Origin: an uncultured archaeon | Lineage (GTDB): Archaea; Asgardarchaeota; Thorarchaeia; Thorarchaeales; Thorarchaeaceae | DNA length: 64,000 nucleotides | Assembly (NCBI GenBank): GCA_964458565.1 | Contig: CAYWJO010000005.1 | Location: 52,375-116,374 of the forward strand | Reading direction: 5' to 3' | Part shown: in pieces, positions 8,977 to 18,910 of the stretch | Numbering within the stretch: position 1 is the stretch's first letter | Layout: each line of letters starts with the position of its first letter | Notes under the pieces: model-generated | The model's input: only the letters and a program-made list of their open reading frames with translations | Database searches by the model: none | What the model was told of the DNA's origin: nothing | Translations under genes and position numbers: made by a program

Positions 8977-11900
8977 TCATATCAGCAATGTAGACATATT
9001 ATCTGCCATTGTTCCAAGAGTCAAGTTCTCTGGAGTCATATAATTATCATCTACATATTCGGCTGCTGTTAAAATAACAATGACCTCTTTCGAATTACAT
9101 TTTCTACACGCTACATCACTATGTAGATTGAGAAGTGTGTTGAGCTGTTGTTGAGTTGGAAAAACAGCATATGACTTGTTCCCTGCACAAAGATCATAAT
9201 ATCCATGATTTTTCAGTACAGGACCATTAATCTCACTAAGAAGTTTTTCTAAAATCTCAACTGATTTTTTCTTCATATTCTCAAGTATTGAAGAATTTAC
9301 AATCCATAATCCAGATTCCAAATCTATGAATTGACTATCATCACCAATACGTAATGCAACAAGAACTTCATCTGCAAGAAGCTCAGTCAAAGCTCTTCGC
9401 CCATCATCTACATTCATTGGAGCAGTACGCCCTTGAATTGACTGTACAGCAGTAGTTTCTATGAACTCCATTAAGACATCCCAATTCACGCATCCATTAG
9501 ATACATCGACAAAATCTTGTAGCAGACCAAACCATAATCTCATTTGGATAGCTCGACCTGATGATCCGACATCACGAACTGCATTGATTAAATCTGTATG
9601 AGTAATTTTCTCTTCTATAATTGGCTGTGATTGCTCAACAATATCTGTTTGAACGATACCAGTACTGAAAGTATCTAGAATTATGTCAAGCGAAGTTGTA
9701 AACGCAGACACAACAGTCACTGCTTCAAACTCATCATCACAATCCAATTGTTCCCTTATCATTGCCGCAGCAACACTGCCTCTTACAATGATTATCAATT
9801 CAATTACCTGGTTACCTAAATGTGACATATATTTCCGAATCTTTTCGATAAGTGAATCCATCGAGGTTGCTCTAATGTGTTCGGGCAGAATCAGTATAGC
9901 TCTGTCATTGATAACTAGTTCACTCTCTGATTTTTTCTCAATTATCACATCATCATTTTCCAATTTATTCAAAATGTATTGCATAATCACTTCTGTAACT
10001 GCTTCTAATCCTTTTCCCGGAATCGTGAATATGAATCCTCCCGGAACAAGAGGGATAGCTTCTCTGTCTATTGATTCAAAAGATAACAAATCTCGAATTA
10101 ATTCAGATAGTTCCTCTGGTCCTGACTTTGAATCCAGACTATGTAAAAAGCCCAATAAATCGCCCTCTGTCACAAACCGTTTTGATGCAAGGAATGCAAT
10201 GACATGATTTGCGATTTCACCAATCCTATCAAAAACTTGTTTTTGATCTGATATAGTCGATGTATCAATATCATCAAGTTCAACTCCTGGTTCTGATCCA
10301 GATATGGAAGTGATAGATTCGGTTTCATGAGATTCTTCAGATGCAATAATATCCATTGAAGTTGGGCTAACGAAGGGGTAGGTCGCTATTTCAAATGCAT
10401 TAGTATTTGGTAATATCATTATTGCACGACCCCGTTTTAATACACGAAGATACCTCTCTTGCTCTTCATTCAAAGATAAGAAACGGCTTCCAATCCCACT
10501 ATCATATGGTAGTCGAAATGTCACTTTTGAAGAGGTATTAGCTAAAATATTCGAAGAGATATTTGGTCTAGTGGAAACAACGACAACTCCTTGTCCTGTA
10601 GCTCTTTGAAGCATAACCATTGATTCTCCTGTTGTTATATCAGCTGCGGAATCCCTCGTATAACTCTCTGGAACAAGATTACTTGCTTCTTCGAGAACAA
10701 CTACATGATGAAGGTCTGGTGTTATTCCTCTTTTCATAGCATAATCAAAGATACGCTTTGCAACAAGATTGTAGAGCAATCTGGCAGCATCCATCCCACC
10801 TGTGCTTGCTACATATCGTAAATCAAAAATCACTCTTCGGTTCATTAAGCTCGATATTTTAACAGCATTTTTTCCTCCTGCCAAAATGGATCCAAGGGGT
10901 TCTCGATTCAGGATTTCCAGACGATTCAATAGAGCATCTCTTGTCATTTTCCCAGATTTATCATCATCTTCTGCTGCTTTTTCGATTAAATCTACCAAAA
11001 AACTCACTGAATTTGCATCCCGAGATGCAGATTCCACAACTCTCTCTATTGATTCTCTGAGAAGACGTTCCATTGCAGGGGTCAGCTCGGAAGACCCGCT
11101 TCGTTCTTTTAATAATTCCCTAAAAATACTGAATACAACATTAGCATGTCTTTTCTTAGAATCAAGCCCCGAATCAAAGATGTCGATAACGAAGGAGGAA
11201 TCCAATCCTGGTTTCAGAATAATTACATTATCATATCCCATCAAATCATGATATTCAGAACCTTTTACATCAAATACCCACCAAGGTATATTCGTTTTCT
11301 GACTTAATTCCGCAATAAGATGTTTGACAAATGTTGTTTTACCGGTCCCAGTTGCACCTAAGACAGCTATATGTTCCCGTAACCATTCTACTTTGAAACC
11401 TACTTCATTTAAAATACGTCCTTCAAATACTGTATTAGCTACCTTCAATTCGTTATCAATTATATCTCGTGAAGGAATTGTAAATGAAGGAATTGGAGTT
11501 GCCGTTATGACAGGGAGATTCTGTACTGGCATATTCACATATGCAGATAATCTGTTTACATGCATTCTTACCCGTTTAATATGCCTCCTTGTGATGCATC
11601 TATAGAATATCCTTCCTTTCGATTTACGTTCAATCAGTTTGAAACTTCCATCTCCTCCCCATATGGATAACGCCAAACCTTTCAATGCGTCTCTGTTTGC
11701 TATCTTTTTGGTTTCTCTAACATGTAAATAGGCTGTGGTATCAAACCATCCATTATCAATCTTAACATCATCGTACTGGTCAATCAGATATTTTTTTGCT
11801 GCTTGATCTGCTAATGAATCATCTTTGCTTTTTTCCTTTCGTCTAATAGACTTCCACTCTCTCTCCATTCTTCGTTTCTCTTTCTTAGCTGACGTTTTTG

Positions 11901-12714
11901 AAAAGACGCAGGTAAAAGATGCTGAATATCTCTGTTTGAGCATGGAAGAAAGTAGTGTACCAATTTGAGATCTATCAATACTTGGAGACACTTGAGGTAA
12001 TCCATCAAATAGTATCAATAGATTATCAGATATATTATCATTATCTGATTCGTCTTCTCCGATATTTGTATGAATGAGATAATCAAAAGCCTGACCTAAT
12101 TCATTTTCTCGCAGTAGTTTTAATTCGATATTTGTTATCGAAGCATGTAGAATTGCTTCAGTTCTTGTAGCCTCTTTCTTAAGAATTTGGCAAAGCTCTG
12201 ATAATGATTTTCCTCTGACAGTTAGGAAAATTCGCAGATACGGTGTTTCATTATATATTCCTGCTTCAAACGCCATAGACAAACAATCTGCCATTCCTGA
12301 TCTGAGTGCAAGCAACATTGCTGTATTATACGTTGGATGATTGTCATCATCTAACTCAACCCTCATATTCATTGATGATATCTCAAAACAACACGTCACA
12401 ACATTGTGTTTCCCAAGGCTGAGAATTGCGTATTCATTGCTTATTTCTATAGAAATTCTTTCGTTATTGATAGCATATCTAATCCACGCAAGTCCGGTTA
12501 GTATTGGAAATAAGCATACGATTACTTCGATTATTATTTTCATTGGTATTGAAGGTGCAAAACCTAGTCCTGATAATGGAAGAAGATATACACTGATTAG
12601 ATAGAAGAAGGATACGAGTATTCCTACTACCCACATAGTCCTGATATACATCCATTTTGTATCAATGTTTGTGCGTAGTTCCGACGGTCCAGACATGATT
12701 CTCACACCGTTCAT
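8977..12714 (-). CDS. Large membrane-anchored HerA/VirB4-like ATPase (DUF87), with ~450-aa C-terminal extension
   Basis: Two N-terminal TM helices, Walker A HIAVLGATGTGKTT, FDVKGSEY, Walker B VVLEEA, STRP...ILANT. Confidence 0.8.
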   Translation of the reverse strand: MNGVRIMSGPSELRTNIDTKWMYIRTMWVVGILVSFFYLISVYLLPLSGLGFAPSIPMKIIIEVIVCLFPILTGLAWIRYAINNERISIEISNEYAILSLGKHNVVTCCFEISSMNMRVELDDDNHPTYNTAMLLALRSGMADCLSMAFEAGIYNETPYLRIFLTVRGKSLSELCQILKKEATRTEAILHASITNIELKLLRENELGQAFDYLIHTNIGEDESDNDNISDNLLILFDGLPQVSPSIDRSQIGTLLSSMLKQRYSASFTCVFSKTSAKKEKRRMEREWKSIRRKEKSKDDSLADQAAKKYLIDQYDDVKIDNGWFDTTAYLHVRETKKIANRDALKGLALSIWGGDGSFKLIERKSKGRIFYRCITRRHIKRVRMHVNRLSAYVNMPVQNLPVITATPIPSFTIPSRDIIDNELKVANTVFEGRILNEVGFKVEWLREHIAVLGATGTGKTTFVKHLIAELSQKTNIPWWVFDVKGSEYHDLMGYDNVIILKPGLDSSFVIDIFDSGLDSKKRHANVVFSIFRELLKERSGSSELTPAMERLLRESIERVVESASRDANSVSFLVDLIEKAAEDDDKSGKMTRDALLNRLEILNREPLGSILAGGKNAVKISSLMNRRVIFDLRYVASTGGMDAARLLYNLVAKRIFDYAMKRGITPDLHHVVVLEEASNLVPESYTRDSAADITTGESMVMLQRATGQGVVVVSTRPNISSNILANTSSKVTFRLPYDSGIGSRFLSLNEEQERYLRVLKRGRAIMILPNTNAFEIATYPFVSPTSMDIIASEESHETESITSISGSEPGVELDDIDTSTISDQKQVFDRIGEIANHVIAFLASKRFVTEGDLLGFLHSLDSKSGPEELSELIRDLLSFESIDREAIPLVPGGFIFTIPGKGLEAVTEVIMQYILNKLENDDVIIEKKSESELVINDRAILILPEHIRATSMDSLIEKIRKYMSHLGNQVIELIIIVRGSVAAAMIREQLDCDDEFEAVTVVSAFTTSLDIILDTFSTGIVQTDIVEQSQPIIEEKITHTDLINAVRDVGSSGRAIQMRLWFGLLQDFVDVSNGCVNWDVLMEFIETTAVQSIQGRTAPMNVDDGRRALTELLADEVLVALRIGDDSQFIDLESGLWIVNSSILENMKKKSVEILEKLLSEINGPVLKNHGYYDLCAGNKSYAVFPTQQQLNTLLNLHSDVACRKCNSKEVIVILTAAEYVDDNYMTPENLTLGTMADNMSTLLI

Positions 12715-13049
12715 TTTATTCTGGACAAAGGTAGACTTGTTATGTCATCATCCATCCAAGAACGGTACGGACTGTACTCTCGAGGTTAGAAGTCCGAACT
12801 CGCTGATTTGTACAGGTTTGAATTATTTAAGCCACCCTCGCCTCAGTATTCCAATCATTTCTTTCCTGTAATCGAATTAGATGGGAAATGATACTGAACT
12901 CATCAAATTCAATTTAGAGGTTAAGTTCTTGTTAAGTTCTAATCAATAAGAACTACACCAAAATCTAATTTCTATATGAGGTTAATATTGATGATAAATG
13001 AAATAGAGCTGAGTGAAAATTACATACTACTATAATACAGGTCCGTACA

Positions 13050-15026
13050 ATGTGGGTGGTTCACTTGAATCAAAAAGCAATTATCATCATCGCTTTCAGT
13101 CTGCTAATCATTGGTCTGTGTGTTCAAAACGTAGAATCAGCAAATAGTGAGGAAGTTGACATTTATAGAGGTGACACAATCGAAATTACTGCTAGACTGC
13201 TTGAAAATATCACGTTTGGGAACCCTATACCTAACCAACATCTCTACTTCTATGATCAAACAGAAAATCAATTCATTGGTTCTTCCCTAACTAATTCTGA
13301 TGGATACGCATCAATAGAATGGACGATTCCATTGAACCATACTCTTGGAAACACATTGCTAAACGTTACATTTTATGGAAATGCAACTCTTTTCCTAGCA
13401 TCATCTTGCCAATTTGTACCATTGACAATTCTATCAAGAACCAATATCCAAATACATGTGAACGAATACCTTCTTGCCCCTGATGACTACTTGATAATAG
13501 ATATTCTTCTCGAGAATGATGAGAATACACCTATTCAGAGTGCAACTATTATGATGTATAATGATGAATCACTTCTTGCAACTGCCAATAGTAATACAAC
13601 CGGTCAAGTAGAGTTCGTAGTAATGTGTAATGATACATGGTGTTCAAATGGTGAAAATGTGATATCAATTATTTATGAGGGCGATTTGATTCATTTTAAT
13701 TCTGAAGCATTAGAAAGTTTTCTAATCACATTTCAGAAAATACCGACCTCTCTCACGATTCAGAATCTTCCAAATAATGTACTTCTCGGTCAAATGTATA
13801 TACTAGATATCGAGTTGGAATCCGAATTTTCTCTTCCATCAAATTCGGTTATTGATGTTTATCTCGATGGCTCATATTTCGATTCCATCAATCTCAACGA
13901 AACAGGATCTAAAAAATACAATCTATCTATAGATGATCATTTTGATTTGGGTATTCACTATTTAGCTTTCAGCTTCTCTGAAACAACACGTTATGCATCA
14001 ACATCTCTAGAAAGCAATATTGAAGTGTATAGCCCAGCTTTCATTAATATACAAATCAACGAACCACTCATCATTGATAGTAATCAGAGCATCATCATCG
14101 AACTTACAGATTCTTTTCATAGGTCTATTGCTAATACAATTATTGAATTACATGATTTATCATCTGGAATCACAAGAAACATAATGACGCCTTCAAATTC
14201 GACTCGTCTATCGATAGAGTTTCCTCTGCTCGGAAGAATTGGACCCAGAACTCTATCAATTAACATAATGAATAATATTTTCTTGACAAATAACACACTT
14301 TTCTATGATGTCATAATTTGGGCAAAATCTAGCATAATCCTCATTGACTCGAATATAATGGGGTATGCCTCTCCAACACAAGAAATAACATTGAAATTAC
14401 AAGTCGTTGGATTTGAGCGAAATTGTTCATTTTGTCAAATAGGGCTAATAGAACGTAATGCATCGATAATAGTATTAGAAAATACTGATGAATTTGGAGT
14501 AACAGATTTCACTTGGAATGCCCCTTCGACAGAAGGTAATTTTTCTTTAATCATCACTTATCTAGGTAACATCGATTATTACGAACTGCCGTATAATATG
14601 ACCTACAATTATTATGTCACAAAGAAGATACCACTGACTGTTATAGCGAGCGAATATACAATTATTCCAGCTCTACAAGAAATTCAAGTTTTATTACAAT
14701 TCATCCTTCTCAATGGGACCCCTCCAATTGGATTACAAGTGGTGGTCAATTGGATTGAGTACAAACAAGTAGTTCCGATTCAGACAAATGGTATCTTATT
14801 CCTCCAACTAATAGTTCCTACCCTTCCAAGTAATTATTCTCTTACTTTTAGCATAGATGAAAGTGACTCCACACTCGCTCTATCGGGACGTATTCAGATT
14901 GAGATTGATGATTATACAGCTTTAGCATCACAGGGGGTAGGTATTCCAAGTATAGCTACTGCTGCATTTCTTTCAATTGGCATTGCAGCATTACCCATTA
15001 TCAGAAGATGGTATATGATTGGATAG
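13050..15026 (+). CDS. Secreted, membrane-anchored beta-sandwich (Ig-like) repeat surface protein
   Basis: N-terminal signal peptide, repeated TN.DG.A/T..G motifs, many N-x-S/T sites, C-terminal TM followed by RR. Confidence 0.7.
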   Translation: MWVVHLNQKAIIIIAFSLLIIGLCVQNVESANSEEVDIYRGDTIEITARLLENITFGNPIPNQHLYFYDQTENQFIGSSLTNSDGYASIEWTIPLNHTLGNTLLNVTFYGNATLFLASSCQFVPLTILSRTNIQIHVNEYLLAPDDYLIIDILLENDENTPIQSATIMMYNDESLLATANSNTTGQVEFVVMCNDTWCSNGENVISIIYEGDLIHFNSEALESFLITFQKIPTSLTIQNLPNNVLLGQMYILDIELESEFSLPSNSVIDVYLDGSYFDSINLNETGSKKYNLSIDDHFDLGIHYLAFSFSETTRYASTSLESNIEVYSPAFINIQINEPLIIDSNQSIIIELTDSFHRSIANTIIELHDLSSGITRNIMTPSNSTRLSIEFPLLGRIGPRTLSINIMNNIFLTNNTLFYDVIIWAKSSIILIDSNIMGYASPTQEITLKLQVVGFERNCSFCQIGLIERNASIIVLENTDEFGVTDFTWNAPSTEGNFSLIITYLGNIDYYELPYNMTYNYYVTKKIPLTVIASEYTIIPALQEIQVLLQFILLNGTPPIGLQVVVNWIEYKQVVPIQTNGILFLQLIVPTLPSNYSLTFSIDESDSTLALSGRIQIEIDDYTALASQGVGIPSIATAAFLSIGIAALPIIRRWYMIG

Positions 15027-15034
15027 AAATTCAA

Positions 15035-15144
15035 TGGTGCTCCGGCCGGGATTCGAACCCGGGTCGAGGAATCGAGAGTCCCTCATGCTGGGCCGGACTA
15101 CATTCGGCTATCAAACACAAATATTGCTTGATTTCTACCGGAGC
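15035..15144 (-). tRNA. tRNA-Glu(CTC) with 32-nt intron at position 10/11
   Basis: A cloverleaf with encoded CCA is obtained after removing 15103-15134. BHB: helix CGGT/GCCG with bulges AGA and AAT. Confidence 0.92.
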
Positions 15145-15231
15145 TTTGGTACCAGTCCGGAGCGGGAGTGCACTCCCTCTTATACAAATAAGGCTTTCCC
15201 CGAATTTATCCTACATAGAAACGCATGGCTT

Positions 15232-15447
15232 TTATGGATTGAATAAATTCGCAAAATTCGTCCAACTATCTTCTAACAATCCTAATAGACTATTGAAAAC
15301 TTCTTGTGCCCATCCTGTGGCTTGAAGAATGACTGCAATAACAATGGACACAGTTACAACTGCAATTCCAAGAAGCAAACTCTCTTCAACCAATGGACCA
15401 CCCGATTCATCGGAACCAAATTTGTTATCGTCAGTCATATTGTTCAC
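15232..15447 (-). CDS. Flp-like type IV pilin
   Basis: 71 aa. DESG|GPLVE with Glu at +5, followed by a long hydrophobic helix. Directly downstream of a TadA-like ATPase. Confidence 0.65.
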   Translation of the reverse strand: MNNMTDDNKFGSDESGGPLVEESLLLGIAVVTVSIVIAVILQATGWAQEVFNSLLGLLEDSWTNFANLFNP

Positions 15448-15490
15448 TGCAAATTATTCTTTTTTGTCCTATTTTAACTCCCCTTGATTA

Positions 15491-17158
15491 CTATGCAATC
15501 GACGATGACTGAGGTGTAAAATACATTTCAGACTCTTCATTAGCTAACTCTTTCCGAATCTCCAATAATATCTCATTATATCGCTCCATGGGATATGCAA
15601 TACTACATTCTTTAATACGGGATTGATATGCACCATCAGTCGCCCAATCATTACACGTATTCTCAATACCATTCTTATCGAAGATTTTATTCAATCCGAA
15701 AAATGTTGTTATACCATTCTCAGAGCTTCTACGGATTTCAGAAATTTCTGTTACTCTACGATAGGATTTACCTGGTTCGGGTCTCTCCAAGACCACAATG
15801 ATATCCATCAAGGCAATACTTTGATCCTCGATATTATGACTCGCTTTCCATCGTGAAACTAGACTAGAGGCCGAACTACTATGGCATGTTTGCAAAGTTC
15901 TTATTCCTGCCCCAATTGCCTGAAAGAGAGCCTGACTATGCTCTGCGGTTTGAATCTCTCCTAGAATGAGATAATCGGGCGATTTATGGAGACTCTTTAC
16001 AATCTCTACACTTTTGTTGCTGGATGCATTTGTTTCATCAATAGGATCCACCCTAACTCTAACTTGATTATGATTAGGATTTAACCTACTTTCAAGAGCG
16101 TCTTCTATGTAGATTTTTCTCCATTCTTTAGGTGTTTGTAAATCAAGCGCATTCAACAGTGTTGTTTTTCCTGCGCCAGGCGGTCCTGTGATTGTAATAT
16201 TGAAACGCTGATAAAGTGCAAACAATAAAGCTGCTGCAATTTCCTCAGTTAGAGTTCCATTTCTAATAAGGTCATAAAGTGTGAAGGGTCGAGTCTTAGC
16301 TCTTCTTATTTCCATATGAAAACCATCTGCAGCGAGCGGTGGAAGACTCACAGCAATCCGAAGAGAAACCCCTAACAGTCTTACATCCGTCTTCAGAGAA
16401 GGATTTTTTCGATCAAGATGTAGATTGCTTTCTGCACGTAATAGTGTAATAAGTCGAGTTATATCATATCCTCCCAACTTCACATTCGTTTTGCATCTTC
16501 CATATTTCTGATGATCAAAATACACTTTACCATCAGGTTTGTCTAAATACAACTCTTCAATTCTCTCATCAAGTAACATTGGAATGAGTTGGTATAATAC
16601 TGACGTCTTGTGCGATGCTATTTCTACAATTCTTCTCCTATAAAAAGAGGATATCTCCGGTAAATCTTGGAGAAGATACTCATCTAATATTCTCGCTATC
16701 TCCTCCAAACGATAATCTATTCCACGTCTCTTTTTCATCAGATTCCCTGTAATTTTCTGCATGTCATCCATTAGAGATTCCAAGAGACCGTATTCAAGTG
16801 AAGTATGAATATTCGGTATTGCTATGTATGTGAGAGTGTTTTCTTCTGAAAAATAAAAGAAAGCAATATACGGTCCAATACAATATGCATCTTCAATTGC
16901 ATTGATATTTCCAAAAATATCAGTTTCTGAACCTATATAGATGGTTTTCCAAATACGAGAATCTAATACCTGAGTATCATTATCAATAATACCCCTAAGA
17001 TGTAGTTGTTTACTTTCCTTATCAAGGAGAATAACCCTATGACCGCACTCGTCATTTTTTCTTAAAATCTGACATGTTGCATATGGTCGTGAAATCGAAT
17101 TACAGGATTCACATTTTGGTGAAGGGCATTGCACGAATGTAACAGTACGCTCGCTCAT
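15491..17158 (-). CDS. Type II/IV secretion system ATPase (CpaF/TadA/VirB11 family)
   Basis: ITGPPGAGKTTLLNAL, IED..E Asp box, PDYLILGEI, His box QTCHS. Cys-rich N-terminus. Confidence 0.88.
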   Translation of the reverse strand: MSERTVTFVQCPSPKCESCNSISRPYATCQILRKNDECGHRVILLDKESKQLHLRGIIDNDTQVLDSRIWKTIYIGSETDIFGNINAIEDAYCIGPYIAFFYFSEENTLTYIAIPNIHTSLEYGLLESLMDDMQKITGNLMKKRRGIDYRLEEIARILDEYLLQDLPEISSFYRRRIVEIASHKTSVLYQLIPMLLDERIEELYLDKPDGKVYFDHQKYGRCKTNVKLGGYDITRLITLLRAESNLHLDRKNPSLKTDVRLLGVSLRIAVSLPPLAADGFHMEIRRAKTRPFTLYDLIRNGTLTEEIAAALLFALYQRFNITITGPPGAGKTTLLNALDLQTPKEWRKIYIEDALESRLNPNHNQVRVRVDPIDETNASSNKSVEIVKSLHKSPDYLILGEIQTAEHSQALFQAIGAGIRTLQTCHSSSASSLVSRWKASHNIEDQSIALMDIIVVLERPEPGKSYRRVTEISEIRRSSENGITTFFGLNKIFDKNGIENTCNDWATDGAYQSRIKECSIAYPMERYNEILLEIRKELANEESEMYFTPQSSSIA

Positions 17159-17257
17159 ATTGGTCTACACAACCTCAGATGAAGAGTAATCGGGAAGCAT
17201 CCTCATCGACCTAAATCATCTATGAATTCATATACAATGGATTTAAGCACCTGTTCT

Positions 17258-18331
17258 CTAAGCTACAATAGCTGCCTTCTTTTGTATCATCTTGATAATT
17301 TTCTTCATCATTCCATAATGGTCTCTGATACTATACTCTGCTACATCTGTTGCATCCGAAGCAAGTTTCTGGGTTAGTACAGCTCGTTTTTCGTAATCTT
17401 CTGCAATAAGTCTATCACTTGCATATGCAGCAGATACAGTAAATATGAATGGATTTCTCCCACCCCGTTTTGACGTAGGTATCATATCTAGGACCTCAAG
17501 CATCTTTTCTCTTAGACAATTTTCATAATCCTTTGTATCCCATCTTCTAGCTTGAACTTTTTTCAAGACTCTACTGTTATTCATTAGCATTGAGAGGACT
17601 CTTGGTACATAATCATCTGGTTTCCGAATATTGGGGGAATACCCTGTGATGGATTTTAATCGAAGCGTTTCTCTGACTATCGATCGTACATTCACACGGT
17701 GTCCGCATTTTTCGAAAACATCAGCTATTTCGTCCAGTGTAATAGGGGCATCTTCTTTGAACTCCCTGACCGCCATCAATAAACAGACAGCCATTAGAAG
17801 TATATTATTTGTCACATTTGTTTTTGAATCGGAAGTTATTTTCTTGTACAGATATGCTGTGCGATCTCGTACCTGTTCATTCAGCATTAGAAGCTTTGAA
17901 ACATGATTCAGTGTTCTCAAAGCCCGATACTGTGCTTCATTATCCCCAATTCTGATACGTGTACTATAAACTGATTTTAGTCGCATAAACCGCTTTTGCA
18001 TTACTGCAGAAAGTATCTGTCCTCCGGCATCTCTGAAATACCTATCTTTATGATATCCAATGTAGCTACCTAGTCCATCTACAATATGCATTCTATTACC
18101 CAACGACACATACATACTTGCATCAGGACTATCAGCTCTCTGTTCCTCACCCATTTGATAAGTAGAATGTACGTACTCTCTTTCTATTACAAGACCACAG
18201 TCAGTACATACTATGTGACCTCGGCTTCTTATTAGCGAACCCGAACAATCAGGACAGGATTCCATGAAACCTTTGTCTGACCTATTGGTTTCTTCATGTA
18301 TCAAATACCACACCCAAATCAGAAAGTACAA
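17258..18331 (-). CDS. Divergent TFB/TFIIB-family protein (start probably ATG at 18265)
   Basis: Zn ribbon CPDC...VCTDCGLVI, two cyclin-like repeats, GRNP motif, C-terminal HTH TQKLASDATDVAEYSIR. Confidence 0.8.
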   Translation of the reverse strand: MYFLIWVWYLIHEETNRSDKGFMESCPDCSGSLIRSRGHIVCTDCGLVIEREYVHSTYQMGEEQRADSPDASMYVSLGNRMHIVDGLGSYIGYHKDRYFRDAGGQILSAVMQKRFMRLKSVYSTRIRIGDNEAQYRALRTLNHVSKLLMLNEQVRDRTAYLYKKITSDSKTNVTNNILLMAVCLLMAVREFKEDAPITLDEIADVFEKCGHRVNVRSIVRETLRLKSITGYSPNIRKPDDYVPRVLSMLMNNSRVLKKVQARRWDTKDYENCLREKMLEVLDMIPTSKRGGRNPFIFTVSAAYASDRLIAEDYEKRAVLTQKLASDATDVAEYSIRDHYGMMKKIIKMIQKKAAIVA

Positions 18332-18476
18332 TCATACATAACACCCTTTCAGGCCATCAAAGTCTATTCCATCACGGTTCAAATCTGTACCATCGAATAC
18401 CCGCTACCTTTCAAGAGGTGTTTGAAATCTCACAGAGAAAGAGAGATATCCGAAACTAATCGGCTGCATCAACTTG

Positions 18477-18842
18477 TTATGTTAATGTGAGGAAAATTGT
18501 TTCCATATCAAAGGTCTTCTTCTTTGCAGGTGTTATTTGCTTCAATGTTACTACGAGACGAAGTCCTCCCATCGTAGCAACAGCTTCGAATTCCTTTTCA
18601 TCACTCTTTTTGAATACCTTTCCTTCCATATATAGCAGAGCTTTCTCTCCACCCACAATCGGTTTAGAATCAATAACAAGATCCAATGTACGTTTTCCTT
18701 CTATTTTGGTACATAGCGCTTCTGGAACTTCAAGTGTAAGTATCAATCCTTCTGGTTTTGAATTAATCTTTATAACTCTCAATCTCTTGGTTTCTGTATC
18801 TTCGATAGACTCGATTTTTGCGCCCTTGATTCTTATAGCCAT
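18477..18842 (-). CDS. rpo8: DNA-directed RNA polymerase subunit Rpo8/RpoG (RPB8-like)
   Basis: OB-fold size. YMEGKVF...ATMGGLRL resembles the RPB8 YVMYGKVY...SFGGLLM motif. Confidence 0.72.
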   Translation of the reverse strand: MAIRIKGAKIESIEDTETKRLRVIKINSKPEGLILTLEVPEALCTKIEGKRTLDLVIDSKPIVGGEKALLYMEGKVFKKSDEKEFEAVATMGGLRLVVTLKQITPAKKKTFDMETIFLTLT

Positions 18843-18910
18843 TGGATTTACCTCATTTCCTGTTGATGAACCAGCCTAAGGTGCAAATTTAACCCTGTCG
18901 TTATTTCCAT

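Noticed and set aside
9683-11605. Antisense ORFs inside long genes (here and throughout, e.g. 35016-35390, 44460-44849, 49395-49772, 51690-52055)
   Set aside because: They are Ser/Ile-rich shadow frames opposite well-supported genes, with no motifs.
12715-13049. Possible sRNA or small ORF in the intergenic region
   Set aside because: There is a lone ATGATGA with no matching D box or terminal stem, and the 68-aa ORF has no recognisable features.
15008-15325. Short ORFs overlapping tRNA genes (also 36352-36606, 61725-62059, 63677-63901)
   Set aside because: They are translations across the antisense or sense strand of tRNA genes and have no protein features.
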